A stretch of DNA of 63,572 nt, the filler included, from Albugo candida (lineage: Eukaryota), in NCBI GenBank assembly GCA_040437565.1. It is 3 parts of 3 records of this genome, joined end to end, with 100 filler letters (N's around TTAATTAATTAA, not from the genome) between each part and the next. Parts side by side here need not be neighbours in the genome. Positions count along the whole stretch, not along the records: positions 22,310 to 44,307 come from JBDOQK010000103.1; positions 44,408 to 63,572 come from JBDOQK010000104.1; 1 more part is not named here. One strand, 5' to 3'. This document shows positions 39,550 to 53,837 of this stretch, in pieces. The notes under the pieces are model-generated. The model worked only from the letters and a program-made list of their open reading frames with translations. It had not been told where the DNA came from and made no database searches. Every line of letters begins with the position of its first letter. Positions within the stretch are counted from its first letter, which is position 1. The position numbers and the translations under genes are program-made.

Positions 39550-42500
39550 ATTTCTTTCCACACACGATTGTCATGACGATACTGCAGGTGATTCTTTATG
39601 AAAATAAATTGTATCGACACTGGCAAGACGCTTCGTTCAGTGACTCGAATGTGAATGTTTATTTACTTCGTCATGTTGATCGTGAGTATTATGCGACAGT
39701 GAATTCTGAATGCACAGACTCAAATTGTATCGAAGTATTCACTGCACGATAGTGTTAGTTGTAAAAGCGACATTGCGACAGACCCGTTGATGAAGTTGGC
39801 TTCCTCATTGTGGGTCGAATGTATGGTTCTTGAATATCGAAGCAATAACATGTTTCTCAAACCATTCCATCTGTTCTTGATGGTCTAGCGAATTGCAGAA
39901 TCTAATCAGCCTGAACATTTCGATAGACCAGCTCCACCCTCGCATATCGTTTCTTATATCATCCTTCTGCGTTTCGAACGATTCATATGGGAGTCAATGC
40001 ATTCTAGGGTCCAAAAAAGAGTAAATAATTACCGAATACAATTTGTAAATGCATTAGGTATTTATCTGAGAAGTAGCATATGACACGGTGCACGAGTGGA
40101 AAATGACTCCTTAACGGTGGATATGTCGCGTATGACGTTGTATTTCTACGAATTGAGGCTTGCACCTTGATTGAGTCAGCGCCTTCACCAAACGGATGCT
40201 GAAGATCTTTCAATCGATTGCACCACATTAAGATCTAGAGATACTGGCTTCCTTTATAAATCTGCTCAACCATCACTCAAAGGTTCATCACTCGCTGAAA
40301 ATCGATTGCTGACGAAACTGCGCTTGCAAGACCAAATCAGTATTGCAAGATGCGACTGAATTCTTTCACGCGCTACGAGACAACAACGACAACCCCATTA
40401 ATTCCCTTCATTGCGACATCACTGTAGTATAAGCTCTATAAAGATAGTATTTTTATCCCAGTTTAAAGTACTGCCTCGCTTTTGGATTGTAAATCACGTC
40501 ACAAGTTCATGAGTTCCTCGACTATTGTCATGACAAGACATGACAGAAGTCGCAGGCAAAATATGCTGAACCTCAAGTTGATGACTCTATCCCTACCAGG
40601 CAGTGAAATCATACGTACGCTCTGTCTCATAAAAGATGTTTTCCAGTATGAAAGCTCTATTTGTTTCATAGATTAGAGTCGTATATCACCGTTTTTTCCA
40701 CTCTTAGCGTATACTTCGGTTCGTAAATTTCTCAAGTAATGCAAGTGGAGAATTGGCATCATCCACTCTTGGCCATCCATGCGTTTTATACGCTCATGAT
40801 ACATAAAACGTGCATTCAATAGCGTGGTACATGTACGAGCAACATCGTTCAGAACACAAGCAACATCCGAGGCCATTACATTATCACTTCATAAGTGACT
40901 TTGGGGACCCTTATCGAATTTGTTACAAGCGACTTAGCATCTATGAAACCATCCTTGAGATTGGCCATTTTCCAGTAATGTAACAGGTCCCCGGTAACGC
41001 CCAAATTGGATATCAATGCAGTTCCGGGCTACATCTCAATACGTTTGAATTAAGAGCTGCGATTCTTCTAATGGAGCAATACTAGAATGTACTAAGCAGG
41101 TATTCTAGTAATGCTGCTTGTAAAAACTCTAATATCGGTTTTTGGATTATTTTGATTAGAAGAGAATCCATGGTCGATAGGTAGGTTGAAGGGCGCGCAA
41201 CTTGCGGCAATACGTTAATGCAGGTCGTGGCAGTTCTCGAAACAAAGATAAACTTACTTCTGTGACTGTATTCTAGCTTCATTCATCATGCACACGACCT
41301 GTTTGATAGGCCCATCGAATCAGGCGGCAAAGGGCGTTTACTAAATTTGGAATATAAGCTCTGTGTACCCTATGGAATGCGATCTCCAGTGTGTAGTCCA
41401 TTATTCGATAGCCTAAGAGGGCGGATACTACCTGTGCGAACATATGTCTCGAAATGCAATGGGTTTACAGCCTGGTGCTCGTGTGATATAATTTCTAGAA
41501 CAAGAAGCCTTTGAATGAAGGAAGAAGTGGTATGCGAGTAGAATTTTAAAAGAAATGCATAGGCTACCAGATTCACGCGGCAGGCTGAGGGTGATGCACA
41601 TACCGACATCCGAATAGTCGACAATCGGTAGCTCAAGAAAACGTCAGATATCCTGTCGGAGATAGTCATGGTCATGGCAGCGTACTCGGACAGACCCTCC
41701 ACAGAATATGAATTGAAGGTAGCAGATATTCAAGGGATAAATAGTGCATGAGCGTCTGGAGCGTGTCGGGACGTGATATAGTCAATCAGCTATCAGCAGG
41801 ACGGAAGGGGGTCAACGTCTGAATGACTGATAGGTCTTCCGAAGGCTACATTGGCATTTTTTGGACTGGGATATGCTACCTGTAAATGCACATAGATTTT
41901 TTTTGGTTTCATTCGTCAATAGCACATTTATAGAGTGCCCAACATTACGGATTTGAGGGGTAGTAAAGTTGCCCATCAAACGTTACGAAAACATCTATGT
42001 GGAGCTTACCCATATGCGAGCAAAGTCGCTTTCTTTGGTATCGCCTTTAAAAGATGGCAATTGCTATCACATTACACCTGTAAGCATTCGTCTCATTTCC
42101 ACAAGCTTTATTGGTCATCGGAGTCTTGGTAATCGTTCCAAATCCATGGAAGTCTTAACATGGTGCAAGAACAGGACTATTGTTGAAATCCAAGATCTCT
42201 CACAATTTGGGGTGCAGTACACAGACTTTAGAATTAAGCGAACCTAACAATGCAAGGAAACCGCATTGGTGGTTCAGACCCACCATATAAATGAGCGTTT
42301 CTTACACTCAATACACCAATTCAACACATTTGAAGAGATGAAATATCTCAACATGTCGAGATGTACGAAAATGTTCCCATAAAGTAGACAAAGATGGGTA
42401 TAAAGTAGGTACAACGCAAACAATTGTGATACCACTACAAAGCCAGAGTCGAGTGGTGGTAGAAGGCAACACTTCTTCTCGAGAAAAGTAAGGGAGCCCC

Positions 42501-43990
42501 CTACCTGAAATTTCATTGCTCAAACCGATGGGAAAGACGTGGAAGCAAGTTATGAACAGCGACGACAATGGAAAAACTTTAGAAATTACAAAATATAATG
42601 CGCATGAAATGCAGGGAAGGGATTTACGAGGGACCGATTGATGTAACGAGGAAGCAATTATTTGCACCAGATGACATACTCCCGGAAGATTAACAAGCGT
42701 TAAGGGGGAAATCAGCAAACCAGGGTATCTCGTTTAGAGATTCACGCTGACATACTCAATATTAAGTTCTTCTTATAGATCGTCATATGCCTTAGTATTG
42801 AAGCACAAATGGTTTCACGAAGAAAAGAGAAGAACTGAGAAGAAGCATTTGCATAGATATATTGAGGTGCACACAGGACAAAGTTGGTCAGCAGAGTCAC
42901 TGTTATGAGAATAGCAATATCTGAGCTTGAATCACATTAGTTTGAACGTTTACTTTCTTCCAAAACAAATCGAAAAACTGACCAAAAGATTTGATAAAGA
43001 GCTGAGAAATTATAGAGCAACTGGAAGAGCCATGCAAGTTGTACAATTTTTTGCTATGAATTGACCGCTTGCCAAATGCTCCAAACTCATCAACACGAGA
43101 ATGCATGCCTGGAATACCACTTCACACAGGAGATGCATTCACTGATACTAAACTGATTTCCAGAAGAAGAGACTGTTGCAGAGCAGCATCGTTCTTGCAG
43201 CATGGGATGCATAATTCGAAACTATCAAATTCAAGGTTTCGGGAGCCAACACACGGAGAATATGGGCGTCGTTGAGTCTAGATTTCGCAAATACTTTGCA
43301 AGCTCTAATGGAAACAAGTTTTCGCTGACAGTTTCGTAAGCGACAAGAAAAAAAACAAAATATAAAAAAAACTTTTTTTTACAAAAGGAAAGCTTTCGCT
43401 CTTTTGAGTTCGGAGATGAAATAACTCGTATATCTCAACTAGAAACATGAATGTTGTTACATGATAAAACGCCCTGAATTGGAGTAGCCCTAGCTGAAAA
43501 TTGAAGGAAATGGACGAGACTTGATTGATGCTTATCAGGGGAGGCATGAAGTCAAAAAAGAAAATGGATTATGCGGTGGTATGCGTGATACACTGACCAT
43601 TCTTGTGACCCCAACTAATGCTATTAGCAAGTTAGCAAACTGCGCGCGAAAAGCATGCTCTAAAAGAAAACAAAAAGACTCGGAATCTACGCTCAAGATC
43701 AAAAACGCAATGAGGACTCCTCAATCATGTCGATCAATGATACATGTAAACAAAGTGAAGAAGTAAAAGTTCGACACAGCAAAGAGAGTTAGTATTTCAA
43801 TTCCCAGGCAGGTTGGTTGATGTCAACGCTATACAATATATATAGACGCTTGCTGATTACCGCCACAGCACTATTGGGTTCAAACAAAAAAATAGTAACA
43901 CAGTTTCCGTCCAACAGAAAGAGAAGAGCTTTCCAATCTAAAAAGGTCCAAGTATTTAGAAGTCGGGATTTTGATGGAGGCTCTGTAGAG

Positions 43991-44307
43991 TGAGATCAAA
44001 AACCTAAACTTCTCAATTTGCCGGATACTAAGTAACCCGCTAATTTAGTAAAAACACCTGAAAAAAACAACTTATTCAACTCTTTCCTCTCGAGAAAAAT
44101 GGTTCAAGTCGACATATCGACACAACCCAGGGTGCTAGCGTCCACTTGTAGTGACGTGGCAACCCTCAGGAGTCACCCAGTATTGGGTGATTGCATGATT
44201 GTTGATGAGTCGTCACCCCTGTGTGATGACGTGGAAAGTATCCCCACCCCCAGTGTGACGGTACAGGGTAATACCGGTACTACCGGTGTAGGATGTGGTA
44301 CCGGTGG
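43991..44307 (+). mobile_element. 5' end (UTR and ORF1 start) of another copy of the LINE family, cut by a gap
   Basis: MVQVDISTQP..STCSDVATL matches MVLADISIQP..STCSDVATL at ~50483 (minus strand), and the upstream UTRs are similar. Confidence 0.8.
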
Positions 44308-44351
44308 NNNNNNNNNNNNNNNNNNNNNNNNNNNNNNNNNNNNNNNNNNNN

Positions 44352-44363
44352 TTAATTAATTAA
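44352..44363. other. Artificial scaffold linker TTAATTAATTAA
   Basis: Centred in an N run, same as at 22254. Confidence 0.9.
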
Positions 44364-44799
44364 NNNNNNNNNNNNNNNNNNNNNNNNNNNNNNNNNNNNN
44401 NNNNNNNGAACGGGTTTAGGAAGTACCGATTTCAAATACGTATATTCTAAGTTAGCTTCTGCGAGATGGCTGGGAAAAGCCTTATTGAAAATAGTGACTG
44501 CAATGCACGTATGAAGCACAAAAAATAATCTAATTCCACAGCAGCGATAATCGACCTCTAATAATAAGAGCAACTATCACTCCATGGCTAATTGACCCCG
44601 CACCTTCGAAAGTTAAACGCGCTCGTTTTGGTCGTAGTATTGCGGTTTGAAAGTGCGAAATGTGCACACTTAACTTGGATTTACTCACGGAAAGATGTGA
44701 AACTGTGGGAGTTGCTGATGGGTGAACGAGCCAAGGACGATTTGATATCGGCTCGACAGGCAAGTTTTATATATATATATATAATATAATTTGCTGAAA

Positions 44800-47700
44800 T
44801 TTTTTTCCTATAGTCCGTGGTGCTGGCACGTAGCACGTGCAGTACGTGTCGAAGTGGACGGGATGGGATGGAATGGTAAAAGTTGATCCGAAGGGGGGAG
44901 TAGCTCCCTCCATAGTTGTGCTGAATGACCGCACTAGAGAAAAGAGATGTTGGTCCGACTCAGCTTACATACACCCAGGTTGAGTGCACAATATAATTCC
45001 GCTTTCAGTACCTTTACAAAGCGAGCAACTAGAGTGAACCGGTAGCATGAACAGACCAGACAGAATTGGAGATCTTCAAAAACCGAAAGAAATCGTTTCC
45101 AAAATTGCCATGATGTACCTAAACTGTAAATGCTTGAAATCGTTCTGTATCTAGTGCGTCCGATATCTTTTGTGATGATTAGTGTGCTGACATAGAGTGA
45201 CTCTTGGTTGTTTCGGAAGGTTGCAAATCCATCTGGAGAGTTGACGATGTGATAAATAGAAAAAAGTAATCCATCTCCTTGATTTGTACTTTTCATATAA
45301 AACGATCTGCCAGTCAAGCTTGGTTGGCTCCAAGTGATGATATCTATACCCGAGTGGAGACGCTGTGGCATCTGAGAGAATTTATTGTAGTGTCGACATG
45401 ACTTTTTCAGTCAATTCCGTAGTTTATGCTCTTCGTAATGCAGTATATGTCGATGAATGCTTTCTCCATCGGCCATGCGTCGCAATCTCGAAAAATGTCT
45501 TCATGACTTCGGATTGTGAAGGATGTAGTGAATAATATCCGAAATGCGCGCTGTGGTTCGTCCACCATGACAAGATTGTACGAACCCTTTCGCGTAATCG
45601 GATTACGGTTCACCATGTAATTCTTGGTCGCAGTGGAACCACTTTGGTTGTCCCATGTAGTACTGACAGCGTTGTAGAACATTCAAATGTGATAGAGTAA
45701 TGCTCCATTCCATCTGATGCCACATTCTGAATGCGTATTCCCACCAAGAAGATGTACTATCCCATTAAACCGTTTTCCCATGTCATTATGCGGTGCGATG
45801 GTAAATATATCCATCGGCTTGTGTGGTCCAAAAGAAGGTGGGATACCGTCGGAGCAGCTGTCTACTTTGCAGGAATATTTGTCGATCCATCGGATGCGCA
45901 CTGCTGGAGAAATTGAAATACGTAGTAGCTTCAGTCGTCGCACCAAAGATACGAAATTCTTTGCTGAGTAGGTGAACGTGTTTTGAATCTCTTTTGTGTT
46001 TCCGACCAAGCAAAAATCAATCAAACATCGACTGCCACTGTCGAATAGTCTCCGCTGGTATGCCTCGATCGATAGCGTAATGCCAAGAACGTGATAAAAT
46101 CATCGTCTGCGAAACCAGTAAGCGACCACGGACAGTTTGTGCACGTCGGAAGCATACACCAAAACCATCGTAAAAACGCTTGTCGAGAATTGAAATTACC
46201 GTTGAATGAGTCGTTGTCTGTCCGAATGGTATACGCAAATACATGACCGAATCCTCAGAACCCAGTAATACGTGGACACGCCATGGTCCGATTAAAAAAA
46301 CCAACAATGAATTGCCTAAGTTGAGTCTCACATTAGATCGATAGCAATAGAATTGTACGAGGTCGAGTTGCCTCCAAACATCATATGGAGTCTCTTAAAG
46401 CAATGTCGAATCGTCTGGAAAGAATAATGCAGTTGCGACAGTCGTGCCATTGATCCAAATTTCATGTTCTTCATGTTGTCACAGTAAATTTTCCACAGGT
46501 CGATCGTCGTCAGAAAAAATAATGCTGAGAGAGGCTTTTCTTGTTTCAATCCACGTTTTGGTGTAATGAACTGTGTGATATTTCCAATCATCATCAACTT
46601 CGCCTTCGGTTATTGTATAGAAGACGAACCCTGTCGACAAAACGTTTTCCCACGCACATTTTTCCTAAACGCGAAGCATGTACGTCCAATTAACTCAATC
46701 ATAAGTTTTCTCAAAGTCAAGAAAAGTCGAATATGCTTTCTCTCCACGATGAGTGACCAAGGCTTGGATGTCGGTGAGATGTCGACTGTGGTGGTGCATC
46801 GACCTTCCTCGCACAAATGCTTTTTGATCTTGATGGATCAATTTGGCAAAAAAGCGTTGAGTTCAATGCGTCGAAACTTTTGGACGTGCTTTAACATCGC
46901 CGAAAAGCAGTTCGATCGTTCCATAGCTGCGAGGGGCACCTTAAGAACCTTTTCTGACCAACAATGTGATTCCCGAGTGACGTTGTGATCGAAGTAGGAT
47001 ACCTCTTTCCAGCTGATAGTCGAAGACGATCTTCATCCACTTGCGAAACGTGTCCGGATCAAGATGATAAAATGCAGCTGGTAGTCCATCCATACCTAGA
47101 GAGAAATTTACTTCGAATGCGCTCAATTGCTTCCGCCATTTCGGTCGTACTTTAGCGCGTTAACACACGGTCTTTCTTTTCGGACGCAAAGATAACTTGA
47201 ATCGAATCGAGTAGCTGTTTTTGATTTCTATCACATGTACCAGCTGATTTGGTCTCGGAGTTATAGAGAGTGCCCATGACACGACCCTAATTATCGCTAA
47301 ACTTGTCAATAATTTTCCTCAGATTCGACGTCACGAAGCCACATGTTTTCGTGACATTTTACATGGACACGCGACGATAAGAACTATTGGAAGGGTGAAA
47401 CAAATGTTTGGAGGAGTTTCCAAATGCTTACGTGATGATGGAAGCTCTGATCTTGATTTTACTTGATTTCTTTCTAAATATTCGAGGCTCGATTCGAAAA
47501 CATGACATGACTGATTGCTCTCTGGAGCGCGATCTCAGGCAAGTTAGACTTCCAAAGCACGCTATATAGACTCCACATCAGGTCAGCTATCGTATGACAG
47601 GTTTGTTTCGACTCTTGAAGCTCGTTCTTGATTTTTGTCGTTCACCTTTCCCACATTCTTTCTGGATTGGAAGTTGTCCGCAATTTTTCGAGCACCAATT

Positions 47701-50595
47701 CGCTTCCCTTTTGATTGCTTCGACAGCTTGAGGATATTCACATGGTCGTAATGAACCTTTCCAATATCCGCTCCCCGGAGATCGAGTTGGATTTGTAAAA
47801 GGTACATTTGCCCCAGATGATCTCCAACATGTCGTGGACGGAAATATAAAGAGGTTTACACACCATGCTGAATAGCTCTTCAGACATGCAGATGTAATGT
47901 AGTGGATTCTTGGGCCGTCACTCTCCTGGGAATAATTCTTTTGTCGGATGATTGATTCTCCAAGCGTATATCAACCCTAATTGCGAAAGCCATTTCAGAG
48001 ACGCTAATCTAATCGACTGGGATCGTGTCGAATTGCTCCACTCAATGCATTAACAGCTGGACAGAGTTGTGTTTTAGATCCCCAAATTTGAGAAGTGTTT
48101 CGAGCGTTTCGAAAGTGGTGGAGAAGAAAACAATTGAAAGAAAAGCACTTTTCCTCGGTCTTACCTGGTGCACATACGTTTAATGATACAGCGGTGCAGC
48201 GTGAATGAGACGACACAAACACAAAAAGAGATTAAGAATACTTCGTTCGGTGAGCTCTTCAAGCTCTTGAATGAGCAAAAGAGTTAAAAAAAACAATTTA
48301 AATCACAGCGCCGCTACAATACCAGGCCGGACGCAAAATGAACCGCTGTGGTTGTTGAAAATCATTATATCCTACAGTTTTGAGTCTGACAAAAGCTGAA
48401 ATGATTCGAGCTGGTTGCGATCGTTCAACTTGGTCTCTTCAACACAAGAAAGTTAGTGCTGCGAGAAGACGTGATCGATAATAAGATGATTGGATGATTT
48501 CCATTGACATTCACCTGAATGCTGAGATATCGTTCCATTTTGAGATAATCGAAAATTTCTTGGTATTCGCGTTCCACTGGAAAAGAAATCTTATTGGTTT
48601 CACTATCTTGAATGGAGAGGTGAAGTGTTGCATATTCTTCCAGAAAGAAATAACGCTTTACCGAAACTTCGTCTATATCGATCGCGAGCTTCTCGCCGTC
48701 TACCGCCAGGCCATTGCGATCAACACTTGAAGTTCGTCACTTAGCTTGATGGCGATAGGAGCACATTGACTCCTTATCAGCAATGGTGGATTGGGATCCA
48801 AAACCACTGCCCCGTCAGTGAAGTTTTGGACGCAATATTCATTTTTGTAAACAGCCGGAGCACTACACATGAGTAATAATTCCATCATGCCAAGAGCTTT
48901 AGTTGATCGTGTAAAACCAGGAACTAATTACGGCGCTGACTTCCACCATAACGGTTTTTCTCGTAATCATGTCACCCTTTGATAGAACGTTTCCAACGTC
49001 ATGGCGACGCCGTCGCTTTGAAAACATTACATCTTCATTCAAATCACGAGCAGCGAATACTCGATTGATCGTCGGTAGATGCGCCAATTCATCCAACCCT
49101 TTATCAATCGAGCGCATACACGCGAGTAGCATACTGTTCAGAGTGATCGAATTCTCAACTGCCACACGGATGATTTCGTCCGAACTTGTGCAAAACTGAA
49201 TCAACCGGCACAAATGAAGGATGTACACGTCTGCTTGTACCGACTTGTTTGGTGGCATTGTTTCAAGAACATTCCTGAAATGTATTTCCATAAACTATTC
49301 ACCTTGCCAACCAATATTGGTCGCACCCTAGAAATGGGATCCTCTTTCGAAGTGGCTACGTCTTTGGCATCCGTGTTTTCCCGAGTATACCGAGATGTAA
49401 TTACTAGTGGATAACTTGGGTAGAACACGAGGGCATGCCTTTGAGCTCATGTGGCGAAAAGTATCAACACGGTGACGTTAATTGCACGAACGAACCATCT
49501 GCATTCTATATCCCCATATCACTCTACTGATTCCTTTTGAGATTTTATAGATGGTGTTTCCTCTGGATGAAAAATTGGAAGGGATGGTTGCGGGAGTTGT
49601 GGTTTGCCCTGTGGTGTGATATCTGGAGGGAAATTAAGCTATGACGAGACTTGGTCGGATAGTTACCGTTCTACTATCATGGTTGCCTCTTTTTTAATCG
49701 AAAGCCGAAATTTCTTGATGTTTTAGGCGACCACTGATACCCTTTTTGCTGGGTGTTATTTGTAGCCGCAGGTGAGGAAGTTTCAATGACTTCGAGATCC
49801 AAACACTATGGAGCACAATTACCAAAACGTGGACGTTCCGTTGAAATCGGATCTCGAACACCTTGCCAACACGCTCCATTCTGTGCTTGGATGAGCGTAA
49901 GGTAAATTCTCCATGTAGACATAACCACTCATTACTAGAAACTTGTTCTCAAAATCCGTAATTTTCCATTGAGAATGCGGGTCGAAGCCTGAACCGTTCC
50001 CAATATCATTAAAAAATTGCTTTCGCATTCTTGAATGGCCGTTCGGCCGCGATCTTGGCGGTCACAACCGACCAATCCCGATACTCTCTGGAATAAAGTT
50101 TATATATTGCTGCAGTATGCCATGCTTTCGGCCGTGGGTGCTCCACGCGGTTTTGCGCTTTTACTCTAGCCTTTTCCTTACTCAAGGACTACTGTGAGTT
50201 ATTAAGTTCAACCAAAGTAGGACGTTTGGAGTCGTCCATACTTGCAGTTGCATTTAGCTCACCCTGTGACGAGGCAACGAAACTACCACGTGTACCATCG
50301 TTACGGCCGTTGCCACCTTTACCACACTTAAACGTCAACGAGGGTACTTTTCTCATCATCACCCCTGTGTGATGACGCATCCATAAGCAGGCAGTCCCCA
50401 AAACCGAGACTCACGAGGGTAGCCACGTCACTACAAGTGGAATCGAGTTCCGTCGGCTGTATCGATATGTCGGCAAGAACCATTACTTTGGAGAGAAAAC
50501 GATTGATAGGGGGTGGCAAGGCTTTTTCGACCTCTTTTTACGTACTTGTCGGGTTACGTAGTAGCCGGCGAATTGAGATGTCCCAGGGATCTCAG
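44800..50595 (-). mobile_element. Near full-length degenerate L1/Tx1-like LINE (5' UTR, ORF1, ORF2 with APE and RT)
   Basis: ORF1 pieces at 50483-48700. APE motifs NVNG, ETKL, LNVCAP and GDH at ~48520-47820. RT motifs GMDGLPAAFY, DFEKxYDxVNW, RGLKQ..PLSALFF, FPDDS and YLRIPFG. Similar to 656-1563. The 3' boundary is approximate. Confidence 0.9.
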
Positions 50596-51560
50596 ATGTA
50601 ACGATGTTACACTCGGTTGCCCGCGAATCGTATAAGCTTGGAAACACGAAATTTCTACCTGGAGCCGTGAAGTCGTATAGAGAACGAAAATTTAATTGGG
50701 ACGTTTGTCAGCCATTGATTAGTCTTACGTATCGTGTTTACTATAATAGGTAGTAAACCTTAGGTAGAACTGTTTACGTAAGGTCAATTCAGCGTCTTGA
50801 ACTTGAAGAAAGATAAATTTGCTTTTGAATAACAAGAGAAAAAATAGAAAGAAGCCCTTTTAAGGATTTTTCTCGTGATGACATTCTGCGGTCAGATTAT
50901 ACGAACATGAAAACTCTCCGAGCCGTTGCTTTTTCTGCATATCCTCCTCAGTGTTTGTGATTTCGCGTGGCTCCGCTACCTCTCACGTAGATACGCCACA
51001 AGACTTCTATAACTCCATTTCGAAAGAGTGTATGTACGAGACTAAAATTTCTAAAATACTGATAAAAACATGAAACTGCCAGCGAGTAACACAAAAAGGA
51101 TCCAATGTGATAAATATTAGCGGCCGTCTGCGTTAGACGTTCATTAGGTGCATAGGACCAAATTGCGACACTTTATATATTTTTGAGATTTTTAATTTTC
51201 CCACTTCATCGTCTGCGGGCTTGTAAGTTGGACACGATTTTTTTTTGACAGAAGGCTCCTGGGCTGGTATATAATATAGCAGCTTCAGCTGCCAGACTCA
51301 AATAGATTTTTTTGGATGCTCAGACTTTTTACCGTGAGGCCAAAGTGCGTATGGCTTCGCAATTGTAGAATCATATTCTACTGTATCTGCCATAACGACC
51401 GCTTCTACATTACCGTAGCGGCAATTCAGTTGATCAATTTGTAAACATCAAGTGAAAGACTGACTTGATAGTCGAATCTATCTCCGTCCCGTTGAGTCTC
51501 GTTCCATGCCTGACAATGATGTCAAAACTCGACGAATGACAAAAACCATCCCAATCAACA

Positions 51561-53837
51561 GGGGACTCGGTATAGCCACACCCCACGTTTGGTATACCCA
51601 CATTCCTAACTTAATTGAGAACATCGGTGTCGTTACACCCCCTAAATATCCTAAATAAATGGGAACCGGTGTCACCACACCCCCTAAATTAAAATCAAAT
51701 GGGATCCGGTATCACCACACTCCCTACACTAGAATCAATTAGGGAACCGTTATCGCTACACACCCTGAATTGAATTACAGATTTGTTTTGTTAATCATGG
51801 TCTATGAAATGTGCGCCTGTTGTGACCTTCTTGTTTGCAGGCCCCCATCTTCGTTTTGGCAGTTCCTGCCTCTCTCTCTCAATGTACTCAATTGCGGACA
51901 GATCTCGTTTGGTACTCGTTGATCCTTCCGGTCGTCCACTTGAGGCCACCGTGGCAGAATCATTTACCCAAGGGCTTGGAAAAGATGCAAGGCAATTGAG
52001 AGCCTACTCAAAAAGGCGCTGTATGTGTGGAGGCAAGACCGAATAACGCTCTTGCAAATTTTTCAAAATGTCCGAGAAGCTTGTTTTTTCCTGACAAGGC
52101 ATTGCAGGATACAGTGTAGGATATACAGGTCTGTGAAGCCACCAGTGATCATGAGAATTAGCATCATGCAAGATTGACCGCATCTTTTGCATCTCTTTGA
52201 TGGCATGAGAGCACGGCAATCTTTTAGTGCTCATGAATATTCTAGTGCACTTTTCGTTGTTCTCCATCGATAGTGCCTTTTGGTACTGCTTGAAGACCTG
52301 CAGAAAACAAAATATGGTCAGTACATAACTTGTCAGTACTGTACAAAACTCCATGCATACACTAGCGTTACATACTTCATTTAATGGATAACGTGAACTC
52401 TTTCTATTCACAGTTGTCCAGAAGCTTCCACTGAGGTGGACGATAATGCGTGAACAATCGTATGCAACCTTTTGACTTATTCCTTGGCGCTGCTGTTGAG
52501 CTGCGAGAACCAATTTCTCATTAAATGGTGCCAAGTGCCCTGTTCAAATGCAATCCATTTCTTCAGGGTTGCATGTCCACCTTCAACGCGAGATGTAGCA
52601 ACATGCCCAAAATGCTTTATTTTTTTGGTCCAAGCAAGGATGAAGTTCCCCTTGTGCGAACTTCATGTGGATTGTAAATACGCATAGCCAGGCCCATTTA
52701 TAGCATCTCTGAAAATCACCCGATTCTCTTCGAATTCCTGCTCAGCGGCAAAGCGGTACAATCCGTGCCACTCTGTGAAAAATTCTTCCAGTCTTCGACC
52801 TTTGGAAAGTGCTTTTTAGCATTTGCCAGCACATTCTTATCAATATGCCATATGCAAAGAAAATTCTTCGCTTCAGGTAGAACCCGTGAGTTTGCAGCCA
52901 TCAATGCTAATTCTCTGTCAGTGACAATGACAATCGGCCCAGTGATTCTATCTTGAAAAACTACCTTTATTTTCCCAAGTGCCCAAAAATGTAGTCATCT
53001 TCTGATTTTGTGTCGCAAGAAAACATAGCAAAGGAAATATGACTGGTTTTGCATGCCACACCCATGATATAGAGCAATGGCATTTGAAACCTGGAGGTTT
53101 CTGTCTGATGTTGTTGATGTGTGGCAAAAATTGATTGCCAAGCATTTTATTCACCTGTTGGTTTTGTATGTCAGTCTTTCTATAAGACCCCCCCCCCCCA
53201 AAAAANNNNNNNNNNNNNNNNNNNNNNNNNNNNNNNNNNNNNNNNNNNNNNNNNNNNNNNNNNNNNNNNNNNNNNNNNNNNNNNNNNNNNNNNNNNNNNN
53301 NNNNNCAGAATTTGCTGCCTCTGCACCTGGTTCAATACCGTGGCTTCTAGGAATGCTGCAAGATTCTCTGCTGCCTCATGATTGTGAGTTGCAAGGACCA
53401 CACTCACTCGCCATTCGTGCACAGAATTTTGATTCAGTTGGCGCTGAATGGGGACTAGCTATCGGCAGATTACAAACCGCGTTGGTGTTCGGTGGATCCT
53501 CGTGCCCTTGTTTTTGTACCGACCACCTTGGACGCAAGAAAGCCACACCTTCCTAGTATTTCCGTACCTGTCGGCCTATGTGCGGGCTTTCTTTGTGGAT
53601 AGCCTTCTTGCCACGCAAAGGTTTCTTTTGCCTCTTCTGAAATCTCATAGGTCTCATAAGTGTGTTCCGGGGGTGGAGCAAGTGCGATAATGAGAACAGT
53701 GGATTCAAGTTAGCGTACCTATAGCAATGTATGCAGGTATATAGCGATTTGGATGATTAGGGTGTGTAACGATAACGGTGTTCTCAGTTAAGTTAGGGGT
53801 GTGGCGATACCAAAAGGGTGTGGCTATACCGGACCCC
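51561..53837 (-). mobile_element. Mutator-like (MULE) DNA transposon with TIRs and a degenerate FAR1-MULE-SWIM transposase
   Basis: TIRs GGGGACTCGGTATAGCCACACCC and the reverse complement GGGGTCCGGTATAGCCACACCC; motifs THNHE, IVTDRELALM, LCIWHIDKNV, CTRIF...LPCSH, and a C-terminal CGACKQEGHNRR knuckle. Confidence 0.9.
51626..51775 (+). repeat. Subterminal imperfect tandem repeats (~40-nt period) of the MULE
   Basis: Four copies of ggtRtcNNNacacNcccta-like units. Confidence 0.75.

Noticed and set aside
41900-43800. Purine-rich coding-like fragments, possibly an old retroelement
   Set aside because: No unambiguous RT, RNase H or integrase motif recognisable.
51626-51775. CRISPR-like spaced repeats
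   Set aside because: Eukaryotic context, degenerate units, similar spacers and no cas genes; explained as MULE subterminal repeats.
53188-53205. Poly-C/poly-A run inside the MULE transposase
   Set aside because: Directly adjacent to an N gap; likely low-quality contig-end sequence.
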